DNA from: Negaprion brevirostris
Lineage: Eukaryota
Reading direction: 5' to 3'
Length of the DNA: 64,000 bases
NCBI GenBank assembly: GCA_030324005.1
Contig: JARDVH010000110.1
Span: 49,572,833-49,636,832 of the forward strand
A model generated the notes under the pieces. It was not told where the DNA came from, made no database searches, and saw only the letters and a list, made by a program, of their open reading frames with translations. The stretch's first letter is position 1. The number at the start of each line of letters is the position of its first letter. The position numbers and the translations under genes are program-made. Shown piece after piece: positions 52,200-64,000 of this stretch.

Positions 52200-54270
52200 G
52201 TAACATCTGGACAGAAAACCAATCAGTTTCTCTGGAGAGAAACACACCAGTATTCTCACTTGAAACAACACTGTCATTTCTTGCTAAGATTTCACCCAAT
52301 CTCTCATGTACCCCTCTTTCACTATTACTTTGGCAGCTTCTTCTTCCTTGATAAAGACAAATGCAAAGTACTAATTTAGTATCTCAGCCATACCTCTCTT
52401 ACCCCCTTGCAGGTTCCCAATCAGCATCACTCCTCCATTTACTATCCTTTTACTAGTCATATGTCGGTAGAAGACTTCTGGATTCCCTTTATTTTAGTTT
52501 CCCATCTCCTCTCATAGCTTTTCTTATTTATTTTTTCATTTCCTCTCTGAACTTTCTAAATTCAGATTTATTCTCAACTGTGTTATCTATCTGATGAAAT
52601 CTGCCATTTATGTGTTTTTTTCCACTTCATCTTACCCAATCACTGTCATCTAGGGAGCTCCGGACTTGTTAGTCCCAACTTTCCCCCTCCTGGGAACGTA
52701 CCTCAACTGTACAAAAATTATTACTTTTCTTTTTTTAAAAAATTTTTGCTCCATCCCTAAAGTTACAAAGCCAATGCTCAAAGTGGGTTGGCAAACTCAA
52801 ATCTATTCCTTGCTTGCTGCAAAACCCAAATTCAAATTCCAATTGAACCCAATTCATGGTCTCCATATGAGGGACAAACAAGATCTAAACTGACAAGAAA
52901 AGGAATTTCACCCCATTTTAGGCTTAATATGATGCTTGATCTTAGCCAAAAGGCTGAGAATTGTACCTCAATTATCTCCTCTTTGAAGGCAGCCATCGTT
53001 CTATTACCAGCTAATCTCTGATTCCAATTTATTTGGGCCAAATTTGTTCTCACCCCACTGAAACTGTCTTTTCTCCAACTCATTATTTTTATTGCTCCTT
53101 GTCCTTTTCCATAGCTAACGTAAAGTCTATTATACTATTATTACAGCCCCTTAAATGCTCCCCTACTGACACTTGATCCGTTTGACATACTTTCAGTCCC
53201 AGAACCAGATTCAACAACCCCTCCTTCCTCATTGGCTAAGAAACATTGTAATTTAGAAAATTCTCCTAACACACTTAAAAACTCCTCCCCCTATGTCCTT
53301 CACATTACCATCCCAACCTATGTCAGGATAATCTTGCACCTTTCCATAATTTCCCACGAGATGATGGCACCCCTGTTGTTTCTTAGCTCTAATCAAATTG
53401 ATTCTGTCCTTCACCCCTGTAGGATATCCCCTCTCCAGCATTGCGATGTTCTCCCTAGTAATACTACCCACACCTCCTTTCTTTCCTGAAAACCTTCCAT
53501 CAGGAATATTTAGTCTTGTCTTTTTTTCAGCCAGGGCTCTTATTATTGCCACATCATATTTCCACATTGCTATCTATGTCTGGAGTTTACCAACCTTATT
53601 TACCACACCCCTTGCTTGTGCTCCTTGCCACACATTCAACTGTTCTCTTCTCTTATTGTTACACTCACAAGTACATAGTATCAGGAGAAATATGGTACTA
53701 TATCCTTGCAGTTTGAACTTGCTAATTTATTTCTCAACTCCCTCGACTAACTGCAGGACTTCATCCTCTTCTTATCTATGTTGCTGGTGTTGATATGCTC
53801 CATGAATGGTGATTATTCACCCTCATCCTCTCAAAGCACACTAATGCTGCTCAGTGCTATCCTTCACTTTGGCACCAAGGTGGTAACATACCATCCTAGA
53901 TTAATGTCTGCAGCTACAGAAACATTGGTTGATTTCTCTATCCAATCCCCTTATCACTACTGTTTCCCAATCTTCCTCTTGTCCCCCTGCTGTGGCTGAG
54001 CCATTTAAGATTTTGTGCATTTGGTTCTGGCTGCACTCTCAGAGCAACCATCACTCTCGCCAGTATTCAGAAACAAGTACTGCTTGGAGAATAAGATGCA
54101 CTCAGAGAACACCTGCACTACCTGCTTGGTCCCCCTCGAATGCCTGACAGTCAATTATTTCCTTTCTGTTTGCATGACCTTAAGCTGTGGAAAAACCATA
54201 TCTATAAACATCTTATTCAGAAATCATATTGTCTACCAAGCGCACTGGAACTATAGTTGGCACCGTTCCT
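52200..54270 (-). mobile_element. Old CR1 LINE 5'/endonuclease region, decayed
   Basis: KYDVAII, GKKGGVG..ITRENIA, DYPDIGWD in ORF 53253..53567 resemble CR1 endonuclease motifs; a related RT-side piece lies at ~51090-51470 (DKPSNYSLASVVEMFLEAIIQDKI). Confidence 0.65.
52713..52960 (-). mobile_element. U2 snRNA-derived SINE-like element, copy 2, inserted in a CR1 remnant
   Basis: 52935-52960 CTTGATCTTAGCCAAAAGGCTGAGAA = reverse complement of U2 nt 6-31 with 1 mismatch; 52820-52930 aligns by eye to the copy 1 body. Confidence 0.65.
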
Positions 54271-57200
54271 TTTGATTAGTTCAAGAACCCTTGGAAATTT
54301 TTAGGGCAAGAATTATTCCAGGGAAGACAAGCCTTTGACCCACTGCTCCCTAGCCATCATTGCACCAAACAATCACCCTGGTGACCATTTTCCTCAATCA
54401 AGCTTAATGTGGATATACAGTAGGCTCCGAACACAGCTGGTTAAAGTTGCATTGCTATACAGGGGATAGCACTGTAGCACCAAATGAGGTAAAGGGAGGC
54501 CTTAAATCAACATTGGAAATAAGATTCTCATTCACCACAAATCAGATTTTTCAGCAGTGTTTTGGGCTACCTAGAGAGAACGCTAGGACTTAGTCACTGC
54601 ATTCTGGAGCCTCGGACATAGCAGCCCAGGAAGGAAAATTAACTGAGGTGAAAAGGAAGGGAATCCAGTATGGATCTTGTAGAAAAAAGAAAATACTGAT
54701 GAAAAGCCAACGGACTCTCCTTCCAGGAGCTGCTAGACCTGCTGATTTTTGCAGCATCCTCTGTTAATGGATCTAGTAGTACTCTCTACTAAGGCTTTGC
54801 TATTCTTTACATATAGTGGCCAAAAGAGGGGCAATCAGGAGCTCTGGCAATTAAAAGAAAAGAAAATACTGGCCAGGCAATCAGGCAGTCTTCCCAAATC
54901 CTCTGACATTTACTGCTGCAATCCCACCAATTCAGATAGGGACATCATGAAGGCCTTTGTTTTGACAATCACTCAGGTCGGATTCTCATCATAATGACTA
55001 GGTTCGCAAACATGCATCACAGTGGAAAAATAACTTACAGCAAAAATCTAGAATACTGCACATCTAGAAGGTGTGCTTTGAAGCAAAAATAGGTAGGCTT
55101 TATGTATTAACAAACATAAAAGTTTCAAAGGACTGCTTTGTGTACAATTATCAATATGATATCTGAGTGTGTTAAATATTAAGATCTATGGAAATAAGTG
55201 AAGGGGAGTGGGAAGCCTAACTGATTTTGCCATTGCCTGGCCTACAGATGTTAAACTCATTGAAGCGAACTTGCATGTTCGGCACAGGCCGCTGGCTGAA
55301 GTTGGACTCCTGTGATTCATAGATTAGTGTCTATTTATTTTTTGCATTCCTCATTTAAGCCAGCTTGAGTGAGAAGGAAAAGCAGAATTAACAAACGGTT
55401 ATTTGAATACAAGTTTAATGTCCTGTGTTCAGTATAAAGACTTACCATCAATTGTTAAGAATTTACAATATTTGGCAAAACTAATGCTTAATGCCACAAA
55501 GATGCTGTTTTAAAATCTGTTGCGCTCTTACTTACTTTCCTCCAACGCAACAATTCGGTAGTAACTGCTATGTCTGCATTAAGACCTTCACTACAGATTA
55601 TTTTAGCATTGCTGAATGCAGCAAAATCCTAGTAATATGCCATGTCTTTAATTACCACCATCAAATCATGAGTTTGTATATTCATGTGACAAGACAATTT
55701 CATATGACTTTGTATAGATATCCTATGTTGTATAGTTAGGAAAATATTCAGAGAATTAGGTGCACATGAACAGCTGCATGAAAAGCCTCTTGAAGGGATC
55801 AGTTGCATTTCAAAACAAACCTTCAAAATGTGCATCCAGGGCAGAAGAGACAAAGAAGTTTTGCAAGCCTCTGATTTTTAACCAATTATCTAATGTTCCC
55901 TAAATTAGGACAAACTGTGCTGTCTTTGCACTATAATCAAAAACTATCCAAACACATTGTAACTTACAAGATCCAGTAAAATAGGTGCCGGGTAAACAAA
56001 ACCTCAATTACACTCCTGTTTATTTTCAGAATAACAACCAAGATTACATTAGATGGTCTTGATGATTTAAAATTACAAAAGCTGATGGTTTTATATTAAA
56101 ATATGAAGGCAATTCAATTGAGAAAATGGTCCATGAGGGAACTAACACCATCCATTCTGGCAGTTAAGAAACATTCACACATATACAGTGCAAAGAACAG
56201 CCACAATGCCATCATGCTAAGCGCATCTGATGTTTTTAAAATCACTGGATTTTGTAGTAACACCTTCACCAGTGATATCAGTTACTAATCAATTCCTTCC
56301 TCCACCCACCCACCTCAGTAATAGAATTTGCATCAAGTATATTTATATACGTCTTCCAGAACTGGCAGTAAGCTCTGTAAGCATGTCAGGCAATGGAACT
56401 ATAAAACAAGTAAATTGCTCAAAACTGTTGAAAAAGGTAGAGATGCACCATTACTTCAACACGTGTGGAAATAGACAATAGTAAACTGCAATAAAATTCA
56501 CAATTTTAAAGCACAGCATTAAACAAATAAGCTAGTTTCCTGACAAAATAATCAAAGCTTTTAAAATTATTAAAGGTGAAATCTAAGGGCCAAATCATTT
56601 CTGACTAATAATTTCAATGATTTTAAAAGCTTTGAGCTGTGTTTTAAAGCAGTAAATTTTACTGTAATTCACTTTCAATGCTTGTTGACACTTGTCCAAG
56701 TTCTCACATAAAGAATGTCCACTCTCCTGATTTTGGGCCTCTGAGTTGTAACATCCTTCAGAACAGGAATGGGCAAAGAAAACAACAACCTATGAGCCAC
56801 AGGCCAGAGGATCCATCCCATTTCAGTTAAGAATCTCTATATGATGTACATGCACATAATTTATTAATAACTATTGTCTATCATCATAACATTTGAAAAT
56901 GTGTCCTGTGACTGTTCAATGGGAGAAATTTCTGCTGTCTTTAAGAAGGACAGAATATGCATATTACCTGGATTGGACAATGAAGTATGCTGAGAGGTGG
57001 AGTTTGGTGACCTGGGGGTGTTAAAGGTTAGGGGACTGGCNNNNNNNNNNNNNNNNNNNNNNNNNNNNNNNNNNNNNNNNNNNNNNNNNNNNNNNNNNNN
57101 NNNNNNNNNNNNNNNNNNNNNNNNNNNNNNNNNNNNNNNNCTGATCCACTTCAGATCTTGTTAAATGGCGGGGCAGGCTCAAAGGGCTAGATGGCCTACT

Positions 57201-60200
57201 CCTGCTCCTATTTCTTATGTTCTTATGTAAATGGTTGGCCAGATTGCACAGGTTTATGATGTTAACATATAAATCGATGCCATTGTCATCCTTGATTCCA
57301 AAATCATTAAAAGTTTATTTTTTCAAAAGCTTGTCAGCTATATATTGTCAGAATAGTACCTCCTGGTTAAAGTCAACTAAGGTGCTACTGGCAATTGAGA
57401 TGCCATACATCTGCTGTATCCTTACAACGCTTTTGGATATACAGTTCTGTCCCCAGAGGCAGCAGAGGCTAGGAGTAAAAATAGATGCTGCTGGTGATTG
57501 TTTCAACTCACAGGCACTCTTGCACCACTTAGCTCCACAGTGGAGGATCTATCGTTATGTGTTTCTAAGATACTGATCAAGGATTCTAATAAAAGCACTC
57601 AAAATATCTTGCAACAATTGTTTATGTTGAACTACAGAAGTCTACGTATGGCAATAATACTTTGATATCTAATCTATTGATTTTTGAAACATTTTGGATG
57701 AATTTATCTCTTAAAATATTAGCTCTTCAGTTGCTAACTTAAGCTACAAAGTCCAATCGTGTGATATTTTTCATCAGTTTGGGAAAATCTAGAGTAGCTA
57801 ATGGGTATACCTATTATTTCTGATACAGAGTCCAATGGCAAAAAGGTTCAGTTGTTGCCCTGAACCAGTGCTATTCAAGTTAATTTATGCAGGTCAGCTC
57901 TGACGAAGGGTCAACTTGATTCAAAACATTGGTTCTATTCTCTCTCCACAGATGCCGTCAGTCTTGCGGAGATTTTCCAGCATTTTCTGTTTTTGTTCTA
58001 GAATACAGCCTCCACAGTATTTCACCAGTACCACAGCAATGTCATTTATTGGTTTCCTCAAAAATAAGTAGCATATTTCTTATGCAACAATAAAACAATT
58101 GCCAGCTTAATTCATTAAAGCCCAAAAAAACCATTGCACCACTTATTTGAATAATTCTCGAGTATGGATTTGGATTATTTAGTCAGTTGCACATACTCCT
58201 GGAACAAAGAGATTCCTGCTGAACAGATGTGGGGTGAAAATATACTATTAATTGATTTTCCTTGCGTCACTGGTTTGACATCATCCATGCTGATCATGTA
58301 AATGTAAGTAAGTTAAATGAAAATGGATATGTTTTTCAAACAAAGCGTTTAATTACTTAATTCTAATCTCTTGGCAACAAGGTTTCGGTGTTTTCCAATT
58401 TTCTCCTTTGCTCTGCTAAGGTGGGGTACAGCTTAGGGGTCACAATTTGAATGGCTATTCTTCATTTATGAACCTAAACAGTAATTCCTGACGGTATTCA
58501 ACAGTGGAGTTTAATGCAATGGAGGCTGAATCCTTAAATGCTCTGGAGGCACACTTTTAACAATTACTAATGAGTTAAATCTGATTAATCATTCTCCTCT
58601 ACCCAGCCATACAAACACATGGGGACAAAGGTTCTATTGCTACCTATGTATAAAACTGGTATTAAGGATTTCCAGGGATTAAGAGAATTGAAAAATTGAG
58701 TAGCTTCGATGATCAATTCACAACATTGATGTGATGAATTGATTGTCTAACTTGCAGTTTCCCCAGACAAATATATAAGATCAAGAACTTAGCAAAGACC
58801 AGAGACTAAATTTTCTTCATCTTTGTATAGCTGCATATCACTCCACACAAATATTGTGCAAGCCTTTTTTTAAACAGACAGACTAAACTTCATTCTTGAC
58901 TGGATTTAGTGGAGTGCTTCATTTCTCTAATCAACTTGCAAACAGATGGTAAATGTCACAGAGCAAGTGGTTTTTAAATGATGTTCGCTACAGCTAAAAT
59001 GCTCAAGGGTTGGTGGAAAAACATGATTGATATTGATACTAAATTATCCTCCAACTTAATTTCAATTTTTTTAAACTGCAGTCAAGATAATGTCAACTGT
59101 AACATTTAGAATTACGGTCAGCAATTCCAAAGGAGAGGGCACTTATAAAACTGGCGTCCAAAATGTAAGCAATAAGAAGCTTATAAAGTCAAAATATAAG
59201 CTATGCTTTATAAAACAAATATTGTTTCAATCACTCAATTCTCTCATTTACAGCCATTAAGAAAATAGACCTGCATTCTATATTGGAATCTAAAATAAAC
59301 CATTGCAGTTAAGGTTGAACAGCGATTCAAGATAACTACAGCATCAATACTTCAAAATCGGAACAGCTTGTTTCATAATGTGAACGCTGGCCTATTCCTG
59401 TCAGCAGATGTCTCTAATCAATCATGCAAATCAAAATTCTAAAAAGCAAGTGCTGCATCCCATCCCAACTATTTCCCCCATCAAAGATAAATATACTCGT
59501 GTTATTTCCTTTTCAAATTTTTAAATCTTTGAAAGTGAACACCATAACTTAAGAGTAGACCTTACTGCAAAATACTCCATTTAAAAATTGCAGTAGATTG
59601 TAGGCAGGTTTCAGTATTGACTTGATGTAGGTTGTACAGACAATGGTGCAGTACACATGATTTCACTTAACTTGGTCATAACTGCCTCAAGATCAAACGT
59701 CTTGGCTTGTCACCACAGTAAACAGAGATAGATAAAAACAGTCCTAGGCTATATCTCACTGAAAGACTTCAGACAGAAGTGCAGCTCAATTTAAACTGCA
59801 AGGTTATATGTATGTATGTGTGTATGTATATATTAAAAAAAAACACAATTTGCAGATTCAGAAGGCTACAGAATGAAACTCAACATCAGAGACTTGAGCA
59901 TTAAATTCAAGTCAAAACCCGCGTGGTACTGAGGGAGTGCTGCGCCTTTGGAAGTCCTATCTTTTGTGTAAGATTTTGAAACAAAGTCCATCTATTCTCA
60001 CTAGTTGTAAAAGCTCCCAATCCACTCTCCACTCTTGTATTTCCCTCTTCTTCTAACATACAAAATACGATATACAGGGAAGTCACAGTTGTCCAACCAT
60101 CTTGTGCAGTTATAATGACTTGTGCATCACAATGTACCCGCAATGTATCCCTGCAACTCAATGCAGAAGATTTACTGAAAAAACAATAATCTCCAAATAC

Positions 60201-60350
60201 TATCCACATTTTCCCTTAGAAGATGCAATAGTCCCTACCCTCATCCATTCCATCTGGCAAAACATTTCATCTTCCCACAGCTGTCTGCACAAAGAACTTT
60301 TCCTACCTTCTTTCTCAACTCATGGTCACTGACTGTGCCACTGTGCCTAC

Positions 60351-60668
60351 ATGGTAGCACAGTGGTTAGCACTGCTGCTTCACAGCTCCAGGGACCTGGG
60401 TTCGATTCCCAGCTTGGGTCACTGTCTGTGTGGAGTCTGCATGTTCTCCTCGTGTCTGCTTGGGTTTCCTCCGGGTGCTCCAGTTTCCTCCCACAGCCCA
60501 AAGATATGTGGTTTAGGTTGATTGACCATGCTAAATTGCCCCTTAGTGTTAGGGGGAGTAGCTGGGATAAATGCATGGAGTTACAGGAATAGGGCCTGGG
60601 TGCGATTGTGGTTGGTACAGACTCGATGGGCTGATTGGCCTCCTTCTGTACTGTAGGGATTCTATGAT
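60351..60668 (+). mobile_element. HE1/V-SINE-like element, near full length
   Basis: atggtagcacagtggttagc...gggttcgattccc head; CR1-type tail ggcctccttctgtactgtagggattctatga. Confidence 0.88.
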
Positions 60669-61478
60669 ATTATTTGTCAATGATATCAAATTGTAACATT
60701 GCTGTTATATTGCCAATGACAAACCATGTGAATGCATTACAAGTAAAATGTAAGATTTATCATGTATTAGGGTTGAGATGTGACGGGCCAACATTAATCT
60801 GGATAATGCAGATTAAGGCAATATGAAAGGATTCTGATTTTAGTTTGGTTAATGGAACTTTGCAATTGAGTTAATATGAGAAAGTCTCCCCTGCCAAAGG
60901 CTGATACATAAAAGGATTGGGGAATATTCCAAAATCCTTGCTTGAAAGCATCTAGTCAGTGGAAATAACCAAAGGGTCTGGTTGGAAAGCATTTAATGAA
61001 AGGAGAGCAGGATGATCGAAGATTGAGGGGATTTGTGACATGAGGCTTCAGAATAATGAATGGTAAGCATTTAGTGGACATTTTGCTTATATTATAATTT
61101 GACTTCAACAAATAAAACTGGATGAAAGTATGAGACAGACTTGCTATAACACACATTACACTAATGCACAAAGTCAAAATCCATCCCATTCACTGAGAAG
61201 TTATCATATTTCTCACTGTACATTTCCAACAAAATTATGAGCAGAATATTACATTCCCTCCCTGATGGGTTTGGGCTTGGGGGAAGCTCCAAACTTTTAG
61301 CATGACTTGAGCCCTGACCTCTGCAATTTTATGCTAGTGCAGCCCTGGCCCCTGTTGAAGCCTCCAAGCGGCCAATTANNNNNNNNNNNNNNNNNNNNNN
61401 NNNNNNNNNNNNNNNNNNNNNNNNNNNNNNNNNNNNNNNNNNNNNNNNNNNNNNNNNNNNNNNNNNNNNNNNNNNNNN

Positions 61479-61706
61479 CTGCGTGGATTTCCTCCAGGTG
61501 CTCCAGTTTCCTTCCACAGTCCAAAGATGTATGGGTTAGGTTGATTGGCCATGCTAAAATTGCCCCTTAGAGTCCTGAGGTGCGTAGGTTAGAGGGATTA
61601 GTGAGTAAATATGTAGGGATATGGGGGCAGGGCCTCGGTGGGATTGTGGTCGGTGCAGACTCGATGGGCCGAATGGCCTCCTCCTGCATTGTAGGGTTTC
61701 TATGAA
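61479..61706 (+). mobile_element. HE1/V-SINE-like element, 5' end lost in a gap
   Basis: Core and CR1-type tail as in 60351-60668. Confidence 0.85.
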
Positions 61707-64000
61707 TCTCATTTTGTATTGCTATATCAACACAAATTCCCATAAAACTATGTAAATGATCCTAGGTCAATTGAGTGTACGTGCACAAAATATTTTAACT
61801 CCAGCTCATCCCCATTAATGTATTTTCCACTCATTTACCATTTCCTTTTACATTCCTCCTCTGCTTTTACCAACCCCCAAAACTTCACTCTCAGTTTCAC
61901 ATTAACACACATTTTATAATTTCAACTGAGAAAAATTGTGGCTTGATATCCAACCTTTATATGAGATCTTGAGTTTTGGGAAGACGGTGAGGGACAAGTA
62001 GGAGCGCTGTTCCAAGATCATGTGACAGCACTGGTTGAAGCACAGAACTGGATAAGAAATTGCAAACTGCAGAAAACAGGAAACTGCAGAACAAAGACTT
62101 GAATTTTACCACAAACAAAGGTAGCTTTTCTCGCATGTGGTGAAAATTCATAGGTGTTTTCTTGATTTTATTTTTCCTCTCCATTTTAACAGTGAGCATT
62201 TTTATTACAATGGTATTTTGTTCTGTTTGCCTGTCACTTTTAATACAGTACACAGTATATCTGTCCAGTGTGTCCATTGTTTCATGATCATAATCTGCAG
62301 ATGCTGACTGGGTGTAGAAAGTTCATTGTGGAGTCAATTTAAAATGACTTTTGATCGGTTTCCAATGGATTACTTTTGATGATCTTTTTTATCCTTTTCC
62401 ATTTTGTATTGCAAATCCAATTCCACATGTATCTGCTTAAAGGCATCTGGAATATATGCACAACTGAAAAATACCTCATTAGTTGCTAAAGGACTGGCAG
62501 CAGAGTACTTCCTCTGAACTACTGTCAGTGCTGTTCTTAAATTTACTTTCACCCATTGACAAATGCAGATTTTCCACGCGTGCAACATACTGCAAAATAA
62601 AAAAATGAAAATGCTGCAAAACTGCAGCATCTGTAAAAAGAGAAACAGAGTTAATGTTCTGAGGAAAGATAATCAATCTGGAGCCTGAAAAGACAGAATG
62701 TGGAACATTTATTTTTAACCTAAGAGTAATTGCCCAAATGTGGAGGAGGGCAGGGAGGTGGGAAGCATCATTAAATGCTGGATGAAGGCAGCAGGAGGGG
62801 AGACCGCGATATTTCCACTACCATGGGATATTATCAACTGCAGGAACAGCAGTGGTGGCAGACAGCCAAATAAATCAATTGGGTCAATTCTCAAGCCCCA
62901 CTGGCCAGCACCTTGCTACATGTCAAGACCTTCAGGCAAACTGTAGCTACCTTCCAGCATGTTCCTGGTTTGTGGGGTGGGGAGTTCCTTAGTGGCCACT
63001 CCATGACCCAGGGAGGGGCCTCCACAGAGGCAAAAGCCACCCTGGTAATTCTGACATTGCCACTGCATGGCTCACATTCGGTGATAAACCATATCTGGCC
63101 TTTGAGGTCACTTCAACATGGAAGCAATCTCTTCTTGATCCTGCAGCCTCAACAGTGGCCACATTTATAGGTTGCCCTGCTGAAGCTGCCAGCCCTCTTA
63201 TTTGGGGGTAGCTTTAACTTCTGCTTGGGGAGCTCATAGTGCCTTGTTTTCTCCACGGCAAAGTCTTGGTCAATCAGAGCCAACTTGGTAGCCAATCAGC
63301 ATTCTTTTCTCCTGAAATATGGCTGTGATCATTTGAAATTTGGCATTCTTGTGTTTGTCCTGATGAGTGCAATATGAAAAGCTTCAGTAACATGACGCTT
63401 TCATCACCAATATTCAAGTTCAGTCCTGCCAAGCAGCTGGAAATATACTTACATTTTTAACTGAAGATTTCTTTTTGGCTATCAGAAAATACTCTGGAAA
63501 TATTGTCCATATGATACTATTTGTATTGAAGTTACTTATTAGGACTTAGTCAGATATTAATAATTGTTTTTGCTGTGTGCACAGCATCCCGTATAAAAGT
63601 CAGAACAAATTGTAATGTTAAATTATGTTTAACGTAGCATAGCACAATGAAATTCTTCCAAGCATTTTTGTTCAATTTGCAGAGCTTAAGGCTACCTCAA
63701 ATATTTAATCAAATAGAAAATAGCAACATAATTCTAAACAGGAGAGTACATACAACCAATCAACACAATGGTGGGTGCCAACCGGTCAGATCACTAAACG
63801 CTGGCAAGTACAAGTTATATTTGAACAACCATTAGAATATTTCACATGCTAGCTTTATGTAAATTATGTTATTAGTTACTGTACTACCATGGGTTCTGGA
63901 TTCTATGTTGTCTTCTTTTACTGATCTTAATCATTTGAAGCTGGTATTTCATTTAATTCATTTGTGCATGACTGGTTACCATTAATTGGATTCACATAAG

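Noticed and set aside
60351-60420. tRNA gene-like A and B boxes
   Set aside because: This is a SINE head that continues into the repeated SINE core; the same applies to the other copies.
61955-62066. 112-nt exon-like segment (tttcctgttttctgcag| ... AAAG|gttgga, minus strand) and ORF 61957..62277
   Set aside because: Not frame-preserving, weak donor, and no resemblance to RAPGEF2/6 peptides.
46808-64000. Upstream canonical RAPGEF6 exons (first cNMP-like region, RQSRRRFRK exon)
   Set aside because: Not found, so the intron apparently extends past the window end.
1-64000. CRISPR arrays, operons or other prokaryotic systems
   Set aside because: Spliced vertebrate gene with vertebrate retroposons; no regularly spaced repeat-spacer array and no long ORFs.

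Overview
Eukaryotic, AT-rich draft-assembly DNA with many N gaps. The repeat content (HE1/V-SINE-like and Deu-domain SINEs, CR1/L2 LINEs, Penelope-type palindromes) points to a cartilaginous fish, probably a shark. The whole window lies inside one minus-strand gene, a PDZ-GEF best matching RAPGEF6. Eleven GT-AG exons (46807 down to 4258) splice into 1753 nt / 584 codons with no stop, covering the cNMP-binding, REM and PDZ domains. A 15-nt microexon at 1903-1917 has neural splicing signals. The start and stop codons lie outside the window, and most ORF-track entries are repeat or intron noise. The most unusual signal is a short interspersed family seen three times (41063-41345 +, about 52713-52960 -, about 30852-31000 -). 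It is built from the 5' end of U2 snRNA, tandem ~54-nt hairpin units and an A-rich tail, so it is a candidate U2-derived SINE. Comparisons with human proteins and repeat consensuses are from memory, not from searches.
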